This document shows positions 38,116 through 51,904 of a stretch of 64,000 bases of DNA, piece after piece; position 1 is the first letter of the stretch; each line of letters starts with the position of its first letter. The notes beneath the pieces are model-generated. The model was not told the DNA's origin. It was given only the letters and a program-made list of their open reading frames with translations, and did not search any database. The translations under genes were made by a program, and so were the position numbers. Source of the DNA: Vicugna vicugna (taxonomy: Eukaryota); contig MU058824.1 of NCBI GenBank assembly GCA_013265495.1, positions 496,001 to 560,000 of the forward strand. The letters are read 5' to 3'.

Positions 38116-39139
38116 TTCATGTTGCAGGGTTGTAACTCTGGAGCCAGGAGGAAAGAGACGGACAAACGCTTTTTAGATCTGTTTGTTGTGTGTTAAATGT
38201 GAAACAATTCACATTTGTATATAGCCCTTTACATTTTGCAAAATATTTCTGTCCATTTTCCTCTGTTCTTCTAGGAATTTTATTGGTGGACTGGCCGAGT
38301 GTTCTTACCCCTTTACACACATAGAAACGGAAGCTCAGAAAAGTTGTGCCTTTTTCTCAACCCCCAAAACCCTCGGAGGGTGGGCAGGTCATAAGTCTTA
38401 ACTGTAACAGGCTCAGGAAGTTCAGACGAGTTGTGATCTTTCCCCCACACAGGTGGAGCCCTTAATGCCGAGCCCTTAATATCCCAGTTTTACAGAGAAT
38501 GACACTGAAGCTCAATAAAAGAGTTCATAGTGACTCACTCCAGCTCAGCCAGTTAGCGACAGAGTTGGAACTTCATCTGGGTTTCCTAATTTCCTTCCCA
38601 AGTTCTTCCAGTTACACCAGCTGCTACCAGTGAACAGACGGCTGGCTTTGAAGCCCTGTCCAGGTCACAGGTCCTCCTCTCTGGATGGCCTGACTTCCAG
38701 ATCCAGCCTTTTTAATATGTGTTTGTGAATATGCCGATGACTTGCTCAGAATGTATCCACTAATGATACTGTCCTCAGAAGTCAAAGTTAAAGCCATAAC
38801 TAAGGAAACAGCTCTTAGGGTCTTCCAGGGGAGTGGTAGTAGAGGTAGAAACTGTGGACCAATGAATATTACAGGTCTGTAAGAACTGCTTTGAAAGGCA
38901 GTTTCCAAAATAAAACATAAAATCTGCTAAGCATTTTGGATTTTCTTTATGGGTATAATGAATGCTGGTGTTTGTTTTACTCTGGGAATGGGGTGCTTGT
39001 AAGATTTTAATTCTAAGGAGAAAAGTTGCAACAGTAGACAATACCATGGGAAAATGTTTTTTATGCAAGGGTCAGTTAACAAGAGCTTTTGAAGTAAAGG
39101 TCATTCAAGTTAAGTTCTAAAAAGCTACCTCTAGTACAT

Positions 39140-39359
39140 TAGGGACGTGTGACAATCAAGGATTCTAAACTTGAATCTAGCCTTCCAGGTTAGAATATGT
39201 ATGTTTGCTATAAGTTAGGTGTGTCAAGGTCACTGGATAGAACTTTTTAATCTAACAATTTGTTAGCTTAATTTATAATCTTTAAATATTTAGACTTACT
39301 GTGTGTGGACCTCTTTTTGTACTCTTGCCTGGGCCCTGAAGTTGTTAGGAGCAGTCCTG
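39140..39359. mobile_element. MER45-like hAT-Tip100 remnant
   Basis: Ends ctcttgcctgggccctgaagttgttaggagcagtcctg, resembling the recalled MER45 terminus. Confidence 0.5.
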
Positions 39360-41291
39360 CTGCTACTAGTTAACATTTTCCTGCGGTCCTAAGTGAACCA
39401 GGAAGGCCAAACAAAACAAAAAGGAAGTAAATAAGGAAATAAGGAAAAAAAAGAAAAATATTCTTTTTAGGTTTCATGATTGCTTACTTGGAAAACCCAA
39501 CGGAATGAATTGAAACAAATTCAGTTAAATGGTTAGAGAAATAGCTTTCCTAAACAACAATCGCCAGTTTAAAGATGTTAATGGGAGAAAAGGTCATATT
39601 CAAAAATTAGCAGAATCGAGTTTGTGTTTGTAAGCAATTTATAGGGGCTATTTGAAGAGTTAAGAATAATAGCTAAATAGGGTGGGAGTGAGGGGAGGAG
39701 TTTCCGAGGGGCATGAAGAAAACTTGGGAGTAACGGATATGTTTTTATCTCCATTGTGGTACTGTTTGCATGGGTGTATACATATGTTGAAACTTATCAA
39801 ATTGTACACTTTAAATATGTGAGTTTACTGTATGTTAGTTATACCTGAATAAAGGCTGTTTCTTGAGGAAATGTATATATTATTACTTACTTAGCACCTA
39901 GCACAGTTCTTGGAACAGACTAAGGAAACAATGTATATTCACTATATGAATTAAGAAATAATTTTCCCAGTATAGAGCAAGTACATGGAGAACCTGAGAA
40001 TCACATTCAGATTTGGTACAATAATATAGACCTCCCAGGTTATCTTCTCAGCCCACTCCTTTTCTGGCAATTGCTTCTCCCCACCAGATCTGCAGGCTTT
40101 CAGTTAGGAGACTCTGGCAGCCATTTCATATAGGTGCGAACCCATGCTTCTGACCATGGTGAACTGGTCCAGGAGCAGACAGCTGACTCAAGCTGGGGCA
40201 ATAACATACCTGTTCCAGGAATCTGGGATTGGGATGAGGATTCTAGTTTTAAAATGGCTGGTTTCTTGGATGGAAAGATCTCCTGGTGCCTGTGTGTTTG
40301 ACTCCACAGACTGGTGAATCAGAGGAAGTCATGCTGCTCAAAGACCCCATTTAAAATTGTGGAGAGATGAGTGTATGTATGTCCTAGGTCATCTTGTTAA
40401 AGTTTTGTTTGTTTGTTTTTACTGTAGGTCATGTTCAAAAAACATTTAAAAGCCACTATCTTCACTAGGTTCTTTCTCTAGCCATGAATTATTGAAATAT
40501 CTACTGCAGTTCTGAATACATGCTATTTCTTTCTGCATTCTGTCATTCCAACCATCTTGTGAACAGAGATGAAGAAAGGTTAAAAATAAAATGATAATAG
40601 TGGTTACGTGTGGCACAAAATTAAATGGGAGAGAGTATAAGTAGCTTTCTTGGGGGCTGGAAATGTTCTGTGTATTGATCCTGGTGTGAATACATATGTG
40701 AAAATTCATTAAGCTGTACACCTAAGATTTGTGTACTTTGAGTTATACCACAATAAAAAAGGAAAATAAATACAGAGCTAGCAATTCTTGATGTAAACCA
40801 AAACGTCTAGTAGACAAGGACTAGCTACTTCCTTAATACTATTTTTCCCTCTGAAATAGTAGTGAAATAGCAGTAATCTGTACTCTTGTTAGAGACCTTC
40901 ACCCCTATAAATATAAAATGAAAGGCCACATAAGAGAGAGCAGAGGGAGGGGAGAATGATTAGATGCACAAAAAAGAAACAAGAGTTTGCAGCACATTCA
41001 AATTCCTGATTCCAGCTCATTCCTAAGGCTTAGCTTAGGAACTTATGTTCCTAACCAACACTTATGTCTGGTTACACCCCAAAGCCATCTAACCCTCTCA
41101 CCCCCGCTCTCACGCCTGCCTTTTCTTTAATTGCTTAAACTAGCTCAAGTGAACTACTATTTTTAGTCAAGAGAGTTCTGTTATAAATACAAAATTCCAT
41201 CTGTTTCTATTATGATATCAGTTTAAACTTATACATAGTGTTCACTAACTTTAGTATCCACTTTCTGCTTTAACATCCTCCCCAGCCCACC

Positions 41292-41313
41292 ACACACACA
41301 CACACACACACAC
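41292..41313. repeat. (CA)n microsatellite
   Basis: Uninterrupted CA run of about 11 units. Confidence 0.9.
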
Positions 41314-41904
41314 ATACCATTACCAAAAAAAATCTGTTCATATATTAAGGTAATGGAGACCTTATATCAAACCAAAAGGAGTGAACTCTGCAGGCAAACA
41401 GTAACAATGGAATTCTCTACTCATCAACCATTCACCGCTAGGAATTTGATCATCATTTTACATGTAGAATAGATTAAATGCCCAGACATCTGTCTATAGA
41501 CTCCTTCCCTACTTTTTTTGTTCTTTTAGTTATCTTATTCTCAAAACTTAGTGTGCCTAAGAACTACTGCGTAAGGTAGTATTTATAAAAACATGCTTAA
41601 AGGACCTTCTGGGCAATTTGAACAATTTTCAAGGGTAAGTTTTGACTCTGTGATTTTTGCTTTATCAGTGACTTTAATTCCTTATACCTACACCTCTCAC
41701 CATCCGACTTACCGTCAAAAGAGGCAACATTATACTAGGCCTGCAATTAAAACACAGTAAACTTATTTAGAACGAGAATCATATTGAATGTTATTTAAAC
41801 TTTAGCAATTTACAAGGCACCTTGAATTTTGTAGTACCTTAGTTATTATTGTCATGAAATGTCAGTCAATAAATATCACATGATAAATATGCAAATGGAC
41901 ACTT

Positions 41905-42025
41905 TACATAGTGACAAAGGGATTAATTCTCCAAGATGTCACAATCCTTAATGTGTACGCACCTAACAACAGAGCATCAAAATACAGAAGGCAAAGCCTG
42001 ATAGAACTGCAGGGGAAAATCAAGT
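41905..42025 (+). mobile_element. Short L1 ORF2 endonuclease fragment
   Basis: Translates TKGLILQDVTILNVYAPNNRASKYRRQSLIELQGKI (L1 EN motif NVYAPN). Confidence 0.85.
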
Positions 42026-44964
42026 GCCTTACAGAGTATGAGAGCCACAGTGCAAAGATTAAGTTCATGAAAGTTGCCATTTCTTCCAGGGGTGGCAGGA
42101 TTGTCATAGAAGAACCAAGAGAGTATAACAATAGGGCAAAATGATTTCCAAGATACCAAATATTTCTAGATTCCTGTTGGAGAAGCTGCCAGGGCTCTCT
42201 TTTACCGGATTAAAGAATCTATCCTCCGTCCTTTGACAACTGACATTCCCACCAGTATACCTTTTAATCCTTCAACTAGTAAAATACATTTAAGGGATTG
42301 GAAATCAACAAAATTCGGAGCCTCACCTTCCCTCTTCTCAGCCCAGCAAGCCCCCGAATTTTACTGTCACACCCCTTAGGGGATATTTTCCTTTCTAAAG
42401 GCCTCAATGGATTACAGGAGCTTTTAAAGTAGTATTTATATTTCCTCTAGCCAAAGACACATTAACTTTAATATTTCTTTGGCAGATTATTACTAAAGAA
42501 AGAACTATTGCTTGCTCCATGGAAATAAATTGATAGGTTCAGCAACTGTCACTTTGCTTATATAAATTAATGCTTTGGGAGAGAAATGTTTCAAGCCTGA
42601 GCAAATAGTTTTAGATATGGGGAAAAAAAAAATGCCCTGAATCCCTGTACTTAAATATTACAGGACATAATGGGTAAGGTTGAATCTTTCTAACATCTGG
42701 TAAGTGCTTTCCCATTCATTCAGTCAGTCAGTCTGCACAGCCAATATGCCAGCCACTATGCTGAGTCCCGGTGATTGAAAGTTTAAAATGATCCCATTTC
42801 TTTTCTCTTCAGGGCCCAAAGTCTGAGGGAGAGACAGACATGTCAGTAGATACAATTAACACATGCTATTATTAGCTATCCCTACACAAGTGCTATAGAA
42901 AGAAGCACAGAGGTGACTTTAGAGTTTGCTCAATACAGAGGAATTATCAAGGAAGGGAGGAAAGAGCATTCTGAACATAGAGAACATAAGTAAAAGGCAC
43001 AAAGAAGGAAACAGAGGTATGTTCAGGCCCCTAGGGTGCGGGGGCAGATTAGCAAAGAGAAGGTTGCCAGAGGGTAGGATGAGTAACCGCCTCAGATGTA
43101 TTTATCAAAGTTCATGTTGATCATGTCCCTACTGGTTTCAGATCTGGTCAGGGCACTATTTAGCTTTAGACCTTTGTTGTGCCCCCTCCAACTAAGACAC
43201 ACATCCTATAGACTCACACAACACTTACGGATTCCTTGCCTGCGCTTCTGAAGCCCTCCAAGTTTTCATGTAAATTTCCAGGTTCATAGCCCACCATTTT
43301 CTGAAGCTCTACCAGGTTCCTATAATTCCCTAATGTCCCATCCACTTTCTTGCTTCTGTGCCTTTGCTCAAGCCGCTCTTTTCTTTGGAATGTTCTCTGC
43401 CTCCTTCTCATTGATCAAAATGTTACTTCTCCCTGAAAACCCAGCTCAGATCCCTTCTCTCCCCAGAATGCTCCCATTATCCCCCCGACCTGTGTTCCCA
43501 CAGTACCTCGATTTCATTTTGCTCTGCAGTATAGTTGTTCACATAGCTGTCTTTCCAACTATAGCAGAAACTTACTGAGGGCAGGCACCTTGTGTCATTT
43601 ATTATGTGTTCCCAGCACATGCCCTGGAACGTGGGGCTTGATAATATTTGTTTTAAATAAAATGTTTGTCTCATCACCGTTGTGATCTCATTGGTTTCTT
43701 CTCCAGTTTCACAGCTGGGTTTCCCCGGGTGGGCAAACCTTCTTGAAGCTCAATATGTCACTAAGGGTGAGATCAGAGGAAGGATAAGAAAACCATCTGA
43801 GAGACACAACAAAGTTACTTGGGGAATCTTTCTAAAAATATAGTTACCTGGGCCCCACCTTCAGAGATTCTGATTTAATTGGGGCTGAAGTGGAAACCAG
43901 GCATTGATATATTTTTTAAAGTTCTCTGGACAATTCTGGAGTGCAGTTGGTACTAAGAACCATAGACTTAATGAACAGGTGGGAAATAGTTACCAGGCCC
44001 CAAATGAGAATAATTTCTGATTCACTTTTCTCAACTGGTGATGCTTTTCCCAGAAAAAAAAAACAAAACAAAACCATAGCAAAAATAATGGGGCCACATA
44101 GTTTGGGTAAAATTGACCTTTTTGCAGAGAAATCCTTGCCACAAGGAGCCTGAGTTTCTGTGGGAGGAATCACATGTTGGGCATGATACTTACCTTCACA
44201 CTGATCAGTGTGTCTAGAGAATCCCATTGTGCCTCCTCCCAGACATCTTTAGTAAGAAGTTACAGGAAGCCATAAAAGGACCTGAAGTCAAAATACCAGA
44301 TACCAAATCATCAGATGAGTTAGGCAGCCTGAGAGTTCCAGTTCCCTTGACAGTCTCCAACACGGATATCCCCTCTGGCCCTCAGCCAGTGAAATGGGGA
44401 GGAGCCCATGTTGCACAATTCCAAGGGCACCCGCACAGTGTATTCCATATGAAGAGTGCCCCCTGGAATCGTGTAATTCCCCATCTTGGTGCAGGGATTT
44501 TCCTGTCCTCAGACCCAAGAGATTTCCGGTGGTGGCCTCCATCTTGGTTCTGTTCCCCAGCCTTCTTCTGGCTTGGGACCGTCACTCTGAGCCACGGTGA
44601 GGAGTGAAGAGCCTCCTCACCAAAATACCTGTGCCGGAGCCTTTTCCTACCTGATGATGTCTTCATCGGGAATTCCCCTCAGTGGCCGCTCTTGTCAACA
44701 CACCTTTGATCCACTCAATGCGTTATGCCTTTCTGCTGAACTCTACTCAGAACTGGTCCCTAAATCAGTCACTGCAGCAGAGTTTTCAGACAAGGTGTCA
44801 GTTCCTTCTCAGCATCACCACCCCTTTTCTTTTTCCTTATTAGACAGAGTATCCACAGAGAAGGAAAGTACATATTTTAATTCTAGATTTTGGCTAGTTT
44901 TTGGAGGGAGGTAGGGAATCAAATTGAACAATCTAAGGGCAAAGAAAAGATAAATTGAAGCCGT

Positions 44965-45222
44965 GCAGTCCTCCCTTGGAATCTGCAGGGGATTGGTTCC
45001 AGGACCCCAGTGGATACCAAAATCCAAGGATGCTCAAGTCCCTTATATAAAGTAGCATAAATGTAAATGCTATGCATTTAAAATACAATGTAAATGCTAT
45101 GTAAATAGTTGCCAGTGTGTGGCAAATTCAAGTTTTACTTTTTGGAACTTTCTGGAATTTTTTGTGAATACTTTTGGTTGAATCTGTGGATGCAAAACCT
45201 GAGGATGTGGACTACCAACTGT
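44965..45222. mobile_element. MER2/Tigger2-derived MITE
   Basis: cagtcctcccttggaatctgcaggggattggttccaggacccc...ggataccaaaatccaaggatgctcaagtcccttatataaa...ggttgaatctgtggatgcaaaacc...caactgta. Confidence 0.8.
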
Positions 45223-48200
45223 ACTATCTATGAAAAATTATCCCAGCATCTGGCAGAAAATAGGGAACTGAAAAAATGTTAGTTTCCATTGTTCTTAGAG
45301 GATTATAAATGAGTGGGGCTGGTGATGGGTGATGTTAATCTACTGAGTAGCTTTCAGTCTTTGTTTTTAGAGCGTGTAGAGAGAGCAGCAGGGTACTCAC
45401 TGTAAGGAGGATTATTCTTTCTTGAAATGAAGTTGTGAGAATGAAAAAAGAAACAGGAATTTAGCATGAGAACGTGTTTTGTAAACTGTAACACAAGATT
45501 TAAAATATATGGAGTTATTATTAAGTGTCATAAGAGATGTGCAAACCAAATGACACGGGCTTTTAAGGAGAGGAAGAGACCATATCCTGTTGAAATCAGG
45601 AGGAGATGGTATCCACCACTTCATAAAAACATACTTTCTACAAGATTTGGTTTCTGCATTGTGAGAAGGACTGTGACCCCTGCTGAGACCAAAAGGCAAG
45701 CTGGTTGTGAGAAGAGTTTCTAAATTATTGTGTCTGCACTTTGTTAACTGAAGAGCACAGTACAAACGCAAAATGATGTTACAGATGTTATTGGTGATGG
45801 AGATAATACCATTATTATTGACTTTGAAGATATTGGTCAGCATTTAACAGGAAGTGCTGTCAGGAGAAGAAGGCCTTAGAGGTAGAGAAAAGAAGGCGGG
45901 AGAGGTTTCTGCCCCATTTCTTGGTTGATTGAGAGCTCCTCTATATAACTTCTTTGAGCGTCTGTTGACACCTACTGTCACAAAGGCCTGTGGCAGTGTT
46001 GGTAATACAATATTGAATAAGAAATGCTGTCTGCCCTCAGAGAGCTCACCTGGATTTGGTTTTGATATTTGGCCTCAAATATCAGATCAAGACATTTATA
46101 GTTCATTTACAGGCAGTGGAGAGCTCCTGAACTTTTTAGAGCAAAGAGGTGACATGATCTGAATTGAAATATTCAGTGGACCACCAGGAACTATTTTAGA
46201 TTAACAGATGATTGAGCTCCTCCACCCTCAGGCTTCAGAACCTAGAATGTTTTTTTCACCCAAACTCTGTGAATCACAGAACTGATTATTTCCTCCTTTG
46301 CAATGGCGGTTAAAATGTCTAAATCAAATTTAGCAAGTATATCGGACTTCAAATCATGAATGTGAATATTCACTTCAGCCCTTTCTTACTTTGCCCACAC
46401 TCATTTTCTTTTTAATCCTTACCTTGCTTTTAAAAATGTCTGTTGAATTATATGTAGTTTTGTAAATCATCTTTAATTCTTTCTGGAATAAAGGTAAATT
46501 ATAAATAGATAAAGATCATTTCTTATTTTTTAATTTCTCATTCAATAAACTTCCAATTGTTTGAAATGTCCCCTGGGGAAATTTGCATGGATTAGGCATA
46601 CTAGAAAAACAACACTACAGATCTTACTTTCTGGTTCTACTGCTGATCTCCTAACTTTTAAAATTTGGTTAAAGTCATATATAACACAGCACTTGAACAT
46701 AATGTGAATCTAATGGTAACTGAATATTTTTGCATTTAAAGTTCAAGTTTGAATTTTATTTCCAAAAGAATTTAAGAAAAGATACAAACTTAAAACTACC
46801 TAAATCTTTGTTCCTGTGTGTTTTAAAAAATTCTATTTAAGTTTAAATGAAAGAGCTAAGATTTATAGCCTATCAGAGCATTAGAAGATAAAATCTGTTA
46901 TCCCAATTTTAAAAAATCATACATATAAAAATGCATTTGAAATGGAATGAAACCTGTTCTGTTACTAAAAGATATTTGTAATGCTCAAATTACATTGCTA
47001 GATGAGAAGAAAGGAAGGTATAGAAAAGTCTGTGTATCTTCCTATATTCAATCTCCCTTATCATTTGAAACATTTAAAAGCAAGATAATCTTTAAGAATT
47101 TGAAAGCATTAAGGACATTTTCCCGTATTAAAAAATCCCTGTTTAGAGATTGCTTTCAGAGTCAACTTATAAGACCCCCAACCAAATCAGTTTCCTTGGT
47201 TTGTGTATACTCTTAATCTTTGCCTTCCTCACCTCCCTGCCCCCTCATTCAATTGACTAGGTGATCATAGCTCATCATTTTTTGTTGTTTCTAATAGACT
47301 TGACTGTTTCTGAAAAAGTTAAAAATCCATTCTCCAAGGGACAATGACTTTCCACCTGTAAAAACAGAAACTAAACTTCAGAAGAGAATACTGAAAGAAG
47401 AATTTAGAGATGTTCCAAATAAAGGCAATATTATTAGAACTAAAACATTGTCTTTGGGGTGACTACAGGAGATAGAGTGGGCATGCGGCCGGGATGGACT
47501 CACTACAGAGTTTTACTCAGACTTCTGATGAACAAATAATCACTGCTACATTAACTGATTTGGAAAATAGAAAGAAAATAAGATACCATCCAGTTGATTT
47601 GATGATTTAAATTTGGGTTTCATCTTAAATCTGATAAACCCATAAATAAATGCAGCCTGGAATGTAAATGATGAACTGGTTGAATGACTGATGCATTTGC
47701 AGGAAACTCATGTTGCTTCCTGGCGATCACTACGTTCTTTCCTACGCTCAATAATCTGCCTGAACTTTTCCAGAGATTACCTTTCCGGTCTTGTCAGGCT
47801 CAAATCATTTCTCTACTTAGAGAATCAGAACACAGTACATATTTCTAGTGTTCAAGCACCTCTTCTCATCTCTATGATGCCTCAAAATGTCTCAGAGGAT
47901 GAGAGATGGTGTCTATGTTTTTTATACATTATGGGATAGAATTTACCTAGGTCTAAAAATTTGAAGTCGTGCATTGTAGTTAGAGCACTCTTTCTTCCTT
48001 CTCAGATGTCCTGAGCCACAGTTCTCTACTATGGTGGTTTGTCTGACCCTTTTGAGTTCTCATAATGCTTCTGTTTGTACCGGAAGAAAATGAAAATCAA
48101 GTTGAAATTGAATATAAAGTGTCAGAACTACAACAGCTAGTAGATCAAATCCAGATAAAGAAACAAGTGAGGAATTTGATCTGTCTTGTTCCTTGTGGAG

Positions 48201-48431
48201 GCAAGTGCATTGGGCTGTGTCAAAGTTAATGCCATTAAACATTTGGATCATGTGATAATTCCCCTTATTCTGAATCTATGCTTATGTGCAGCAGAAGTTT
48301 GATAATAATTCTGTGTAGATCTGTCTATAGATCAGAGGTGGAAATCAGAAGATCCAAGTCTCCAGTTGTAAGTTAATAAATAAGCCTCCTAGTTTATAGT
48401 TCAGAGGTTGTTAGTGAGTGTTCACCTGAGG

Positions 48432-48459
48432 AAGAGAGAGAGAAAGAGAGAGAGAGAGA
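48432..48459. repeat. (GA)n microsatellite, interrupted
   Basis: aagagagagagaaagagagagagagaga. Confidence 0.85.
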
Positions 48460-50926
48460 AATCCACTCTCACCATGCTGCTAAATCAGGTTCCCAAGGTG
48501 TAATCCTGGAATATGGAGATTCCACCAGGGTACTGCTACTTTGAGGCCTCCCTGGACGCCTAGCAGCTCCTCACCACGGGGTACTTTGATTCCATCATTG
48601 CGTTGCTAGTTGTCCACAAACACCTGTTCTGTAAAGGCAGTCCACGTCTTGGTTTGCGAGGCCGGTAATAATCATGGCTCCTTCTTAAGAGGCAATTACT
48701 GACCATGGTAGGTCTTTCATTCTTAAAAGCAAAAGCTGGAATCCTCCCATCTGTTAATACCTGTTAATCTTCTGAACTGCTGCATGGAACAGACTGTTTT
48801 TTTTTGTTTGTTTTCTTTTGACATATGATGTGAAAATCCATTTTTACAGCTATGCAGTCGTGTGGGAAACTTCAGAAATAAAGATTACAATAGAGTCCCT
48901 CCCAAACCTTTTAGGGATATTTCAAATGATGTTGAGAGTTTGATGAATGTTGATGGAAGCCTAATACACGTTCCAAGGACTGAAATGCGGCCCTTTACAA
49001 CAAATCAGAAAAAGGATCAAAGATGCCCAAAAGCTCTAACACCCATTTTTTAAAAACGCTTGCAAAAGAAAATTATTGAAAAATACTATCTGGAACTTTA
49101 TCATGATTAAGGAAGCATCTGAAAGTAAAGTTGCTCGGCAATTTTGAGTTACCCTCCAACTAAAAAATCTGTTTAATGGACTTTAAAATGCTTTTGTATT
49201 TGTGTTTAAAAAGTATACATTTCTATCTGGTTTGACAGCCTAAGTACCAGGCCCTAGCCAGATAAAATCTGAAGTGACTAAGGCAGTGCTTCTTAAATAA
49301 GAGCAAATTGGAACTGTCATCCCAAATCACTACATCTCTTCTGGCAAGACTAGATTAGCACTAACTCTTATCTGCTGAAGGAGTCAATTCAAGCTTGGAA
49401 AGAGCCAATCTGGATCATTCTGCAAGGACACAGTAAAACCAGAAAAGGACCCCAGAATTCTGTTCTTTGGTCAGCCCACATAGACTGGAGAATCTTGCAG
49501 AGGTGATGTCTTTAACACTAGGATACATTTAAGAAGAAAGCATGACTCTAGTTTCTTCTCTGTCTCTTTAGATCAGCTCAAAATAAACAAGCACTTGCCC
49601 TCACTGACCTCTAAAGGTGAGTTACTGTTAAGTTTCTTACCTGCTCTTGCTTTCCATCTCCTCTTTGTCTCATTCAGCTACCTGCCTTTGGTTCTGCTTC
49701 TGGCCTGTTGGAATTGGTGCTGGAGCTTGGTTCTTGTTCCTTTAGACCCTGGGTTTTTCTTACAGATTCTAATTTAGTTTATTCTGCTTGCTCTCTATGC
49801 TCTGGGCTATCCTAGTGTTTGCTCTCCTGAAGCTAATTTCCAGCACAGTCCACCTGGCTGGACTGGCTGTTTTCTCTGTGTTTTCAAGAGTATATGTGAG
49901 TGTATAGGGAGCAGGGAGGAGGTGTGTGCACAGTTTGGATAATCTCTCACAAAATGGGACAGAGAAAGGTAGAGATCTCTAAACAGAAACAAGGGGAATG
50001 AGGAAGTGATGCATTTGCTACTCCTTATTAACCATCCAGAGGTTTGAGGCAAATTCTTAATTACATGTTTACTTTCCTGCCAAGAATTTTATCTCAGCTC
50101 TCAGATTTTGCTGCCACCTGGTGCTAAAATGTTCCAGGTAGTGATGACTAAATAGTTTGACAAACTCCAGAAGTATAACCTAGATTCAGAGATAACACAA
50201 ATTAGGATACTGGATGCTTAACGTAATAAATAAAAGATGTAATATTGAAAAAAAACCCTAATTTGATATAATATAATCACTTAGGAAATGAATGTAGTAT
50301 ACATGTCAGAACAAATTTATAAGAAGCAATAATAGTAAATTACAACGTGGTTCTGAGATGTCACCATCTCCTGGAAATATGGTCCCCACTTTAGCTGTCA
50401 CTCCTGAATATGACAGAATACTTCGTGTTCACACACATTAACAACAAATAATTTCTCTCAGTTAATGCCCCCCACCCTAATTTAAAATGGGAGGGGACAT
50501 TTATTTTATACCCCCTATAAGTTAAGATAGGGTAATTTTGCCTAAGATTTATTTGTGTTTCACAGAAACTGTTCTTTCCTTTTGTAGCCTTCATTGTTCT
50601 GCCGTTTCTCCCCATTCTTCATCCTGCCACCCTTGCTCTCCATTGCTTCTTCAGGCAGGATTTGCTTCCATTGCTCCTGACTTTTCCAAAATTATGTTCA
50701 TCCCTATTCTTCCACTCACTGCCTTGGAAGAGATTTTTCCTTCCAGCTGATAATATATCACACAGCCAATGTTTTCTAGCCTAACTTTTAAAGGAATACT
50801 GTCCTATTGAACTCCAAACTAGAGCAATACTTCGCTCACTTAGCTTTTGAGTCCCAGGTGTGAAGGAATGTTAGAAGAATTCCCCCAAACCCAAGCAAGA
50901 GAGCAGTTTGGTAGTGCCATCCATCT

Positions 50927-51470
50927 GTGGCAGATTATATTTTCTACCCAAAAGAATAATTCCCATCCCACGTGCTCTTGCTTATGTGACATTGACAGCC
51001 CTTCCGCAGAGAAGTGGAATCTATGCCCCCTTCCCTAGAAACCAGGTGGGTTTGTGATTGAAGGAGTGACACTGTATGACTTACAAGGTTAGATTATAAA
51101 AAGGAACAAAGTCTTTGCCTGGCTGTCTTGAGAGGCTTATTTTCAGAACTTAGCCACTTGGCCATGAGGAAGCCCAAACTATTTCAGGCAGAGTGGGGAG
51201 GTCACTTGTACAAGTGACCCAGCTGAGGTCCTGGCCACAGCCAGCAGCAACTCTGAAGATACCTCTAGATGATTCCAACCCCAACTATCAAGACACCTTC
51301 AGCTTTCAAGCCCCGGATACCAGAGGCCTCAGATATCAGAGAACAGAAATAAGCCAGCCCTGCTGTGCTCTGTCAAAATTCCCAACCAACAGAAACCACA
51401 AGTGTAGTAACATTTTTGCTTTATGCCACAAAGTTTTGGTGTAGTTTGTTACACAGCAGTACTGACAGAA
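50927..51470 (+). mobile_element. MLT1 (ERVL-MaLR) solo LTR
   Basis: Starts tgtggcagattatattttc; contains gaagtggaatctatgccccctt and gccatgaggaagcccaaacta; ends aagttttggtgtagtttgttacacagcagt. Confidence 0.8.
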
Positions 51471-51904
51471 ATATATCCTTTTCAGTGTGTTTCTCACAAG
51501 TCATGAGCAGGTACCAGCTCTCCTTGATCTCATGATCTTCCTTGCCCAGAGCTTGAGCAGCCTTCATTTCTTCTGTTTTTGGGGGTTTTATTTCTGGCAT
51601 CCCAGAAGCCCCACCATTAATTTTAGAGACTGTTTCTCCATTTACCCTAGAAGATTTGGAACTTCATTGTAAATATTTCTGTCTCACTCGCTTCTGGCCC
51701 ATTTCTCATGTTATCTATTCTTGATTTCTCATTCCACCGTCTGCTCCTAGAATCCATATCTTCTTGGGATGAGTGGCAGTGGGAATTTTACCTCCCCAGG
51801 AGAGACTCCAGTCTACCCAAAGGAGTGTGGCTTCACCTGCTGGTTCCCACAAGACAGTGATAGCATTGATGGCCCAATATCAGTATTTTCTTGATTGTTA
51901 CAAA

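Noticed and set aside
37394..38196. Overlapping Arg/Pro/Gly-rich ORFs on both strands
   Set aside because: Expected from stop-codon scarcity in a CpG island; no recognisable protein.
44227..45843. ORFs of 105-143 aa as novel small genes
   Set aside because: No recognisable domain or splice/promoter support, and several start at non-ATG codons; lengths are compatible with chance.
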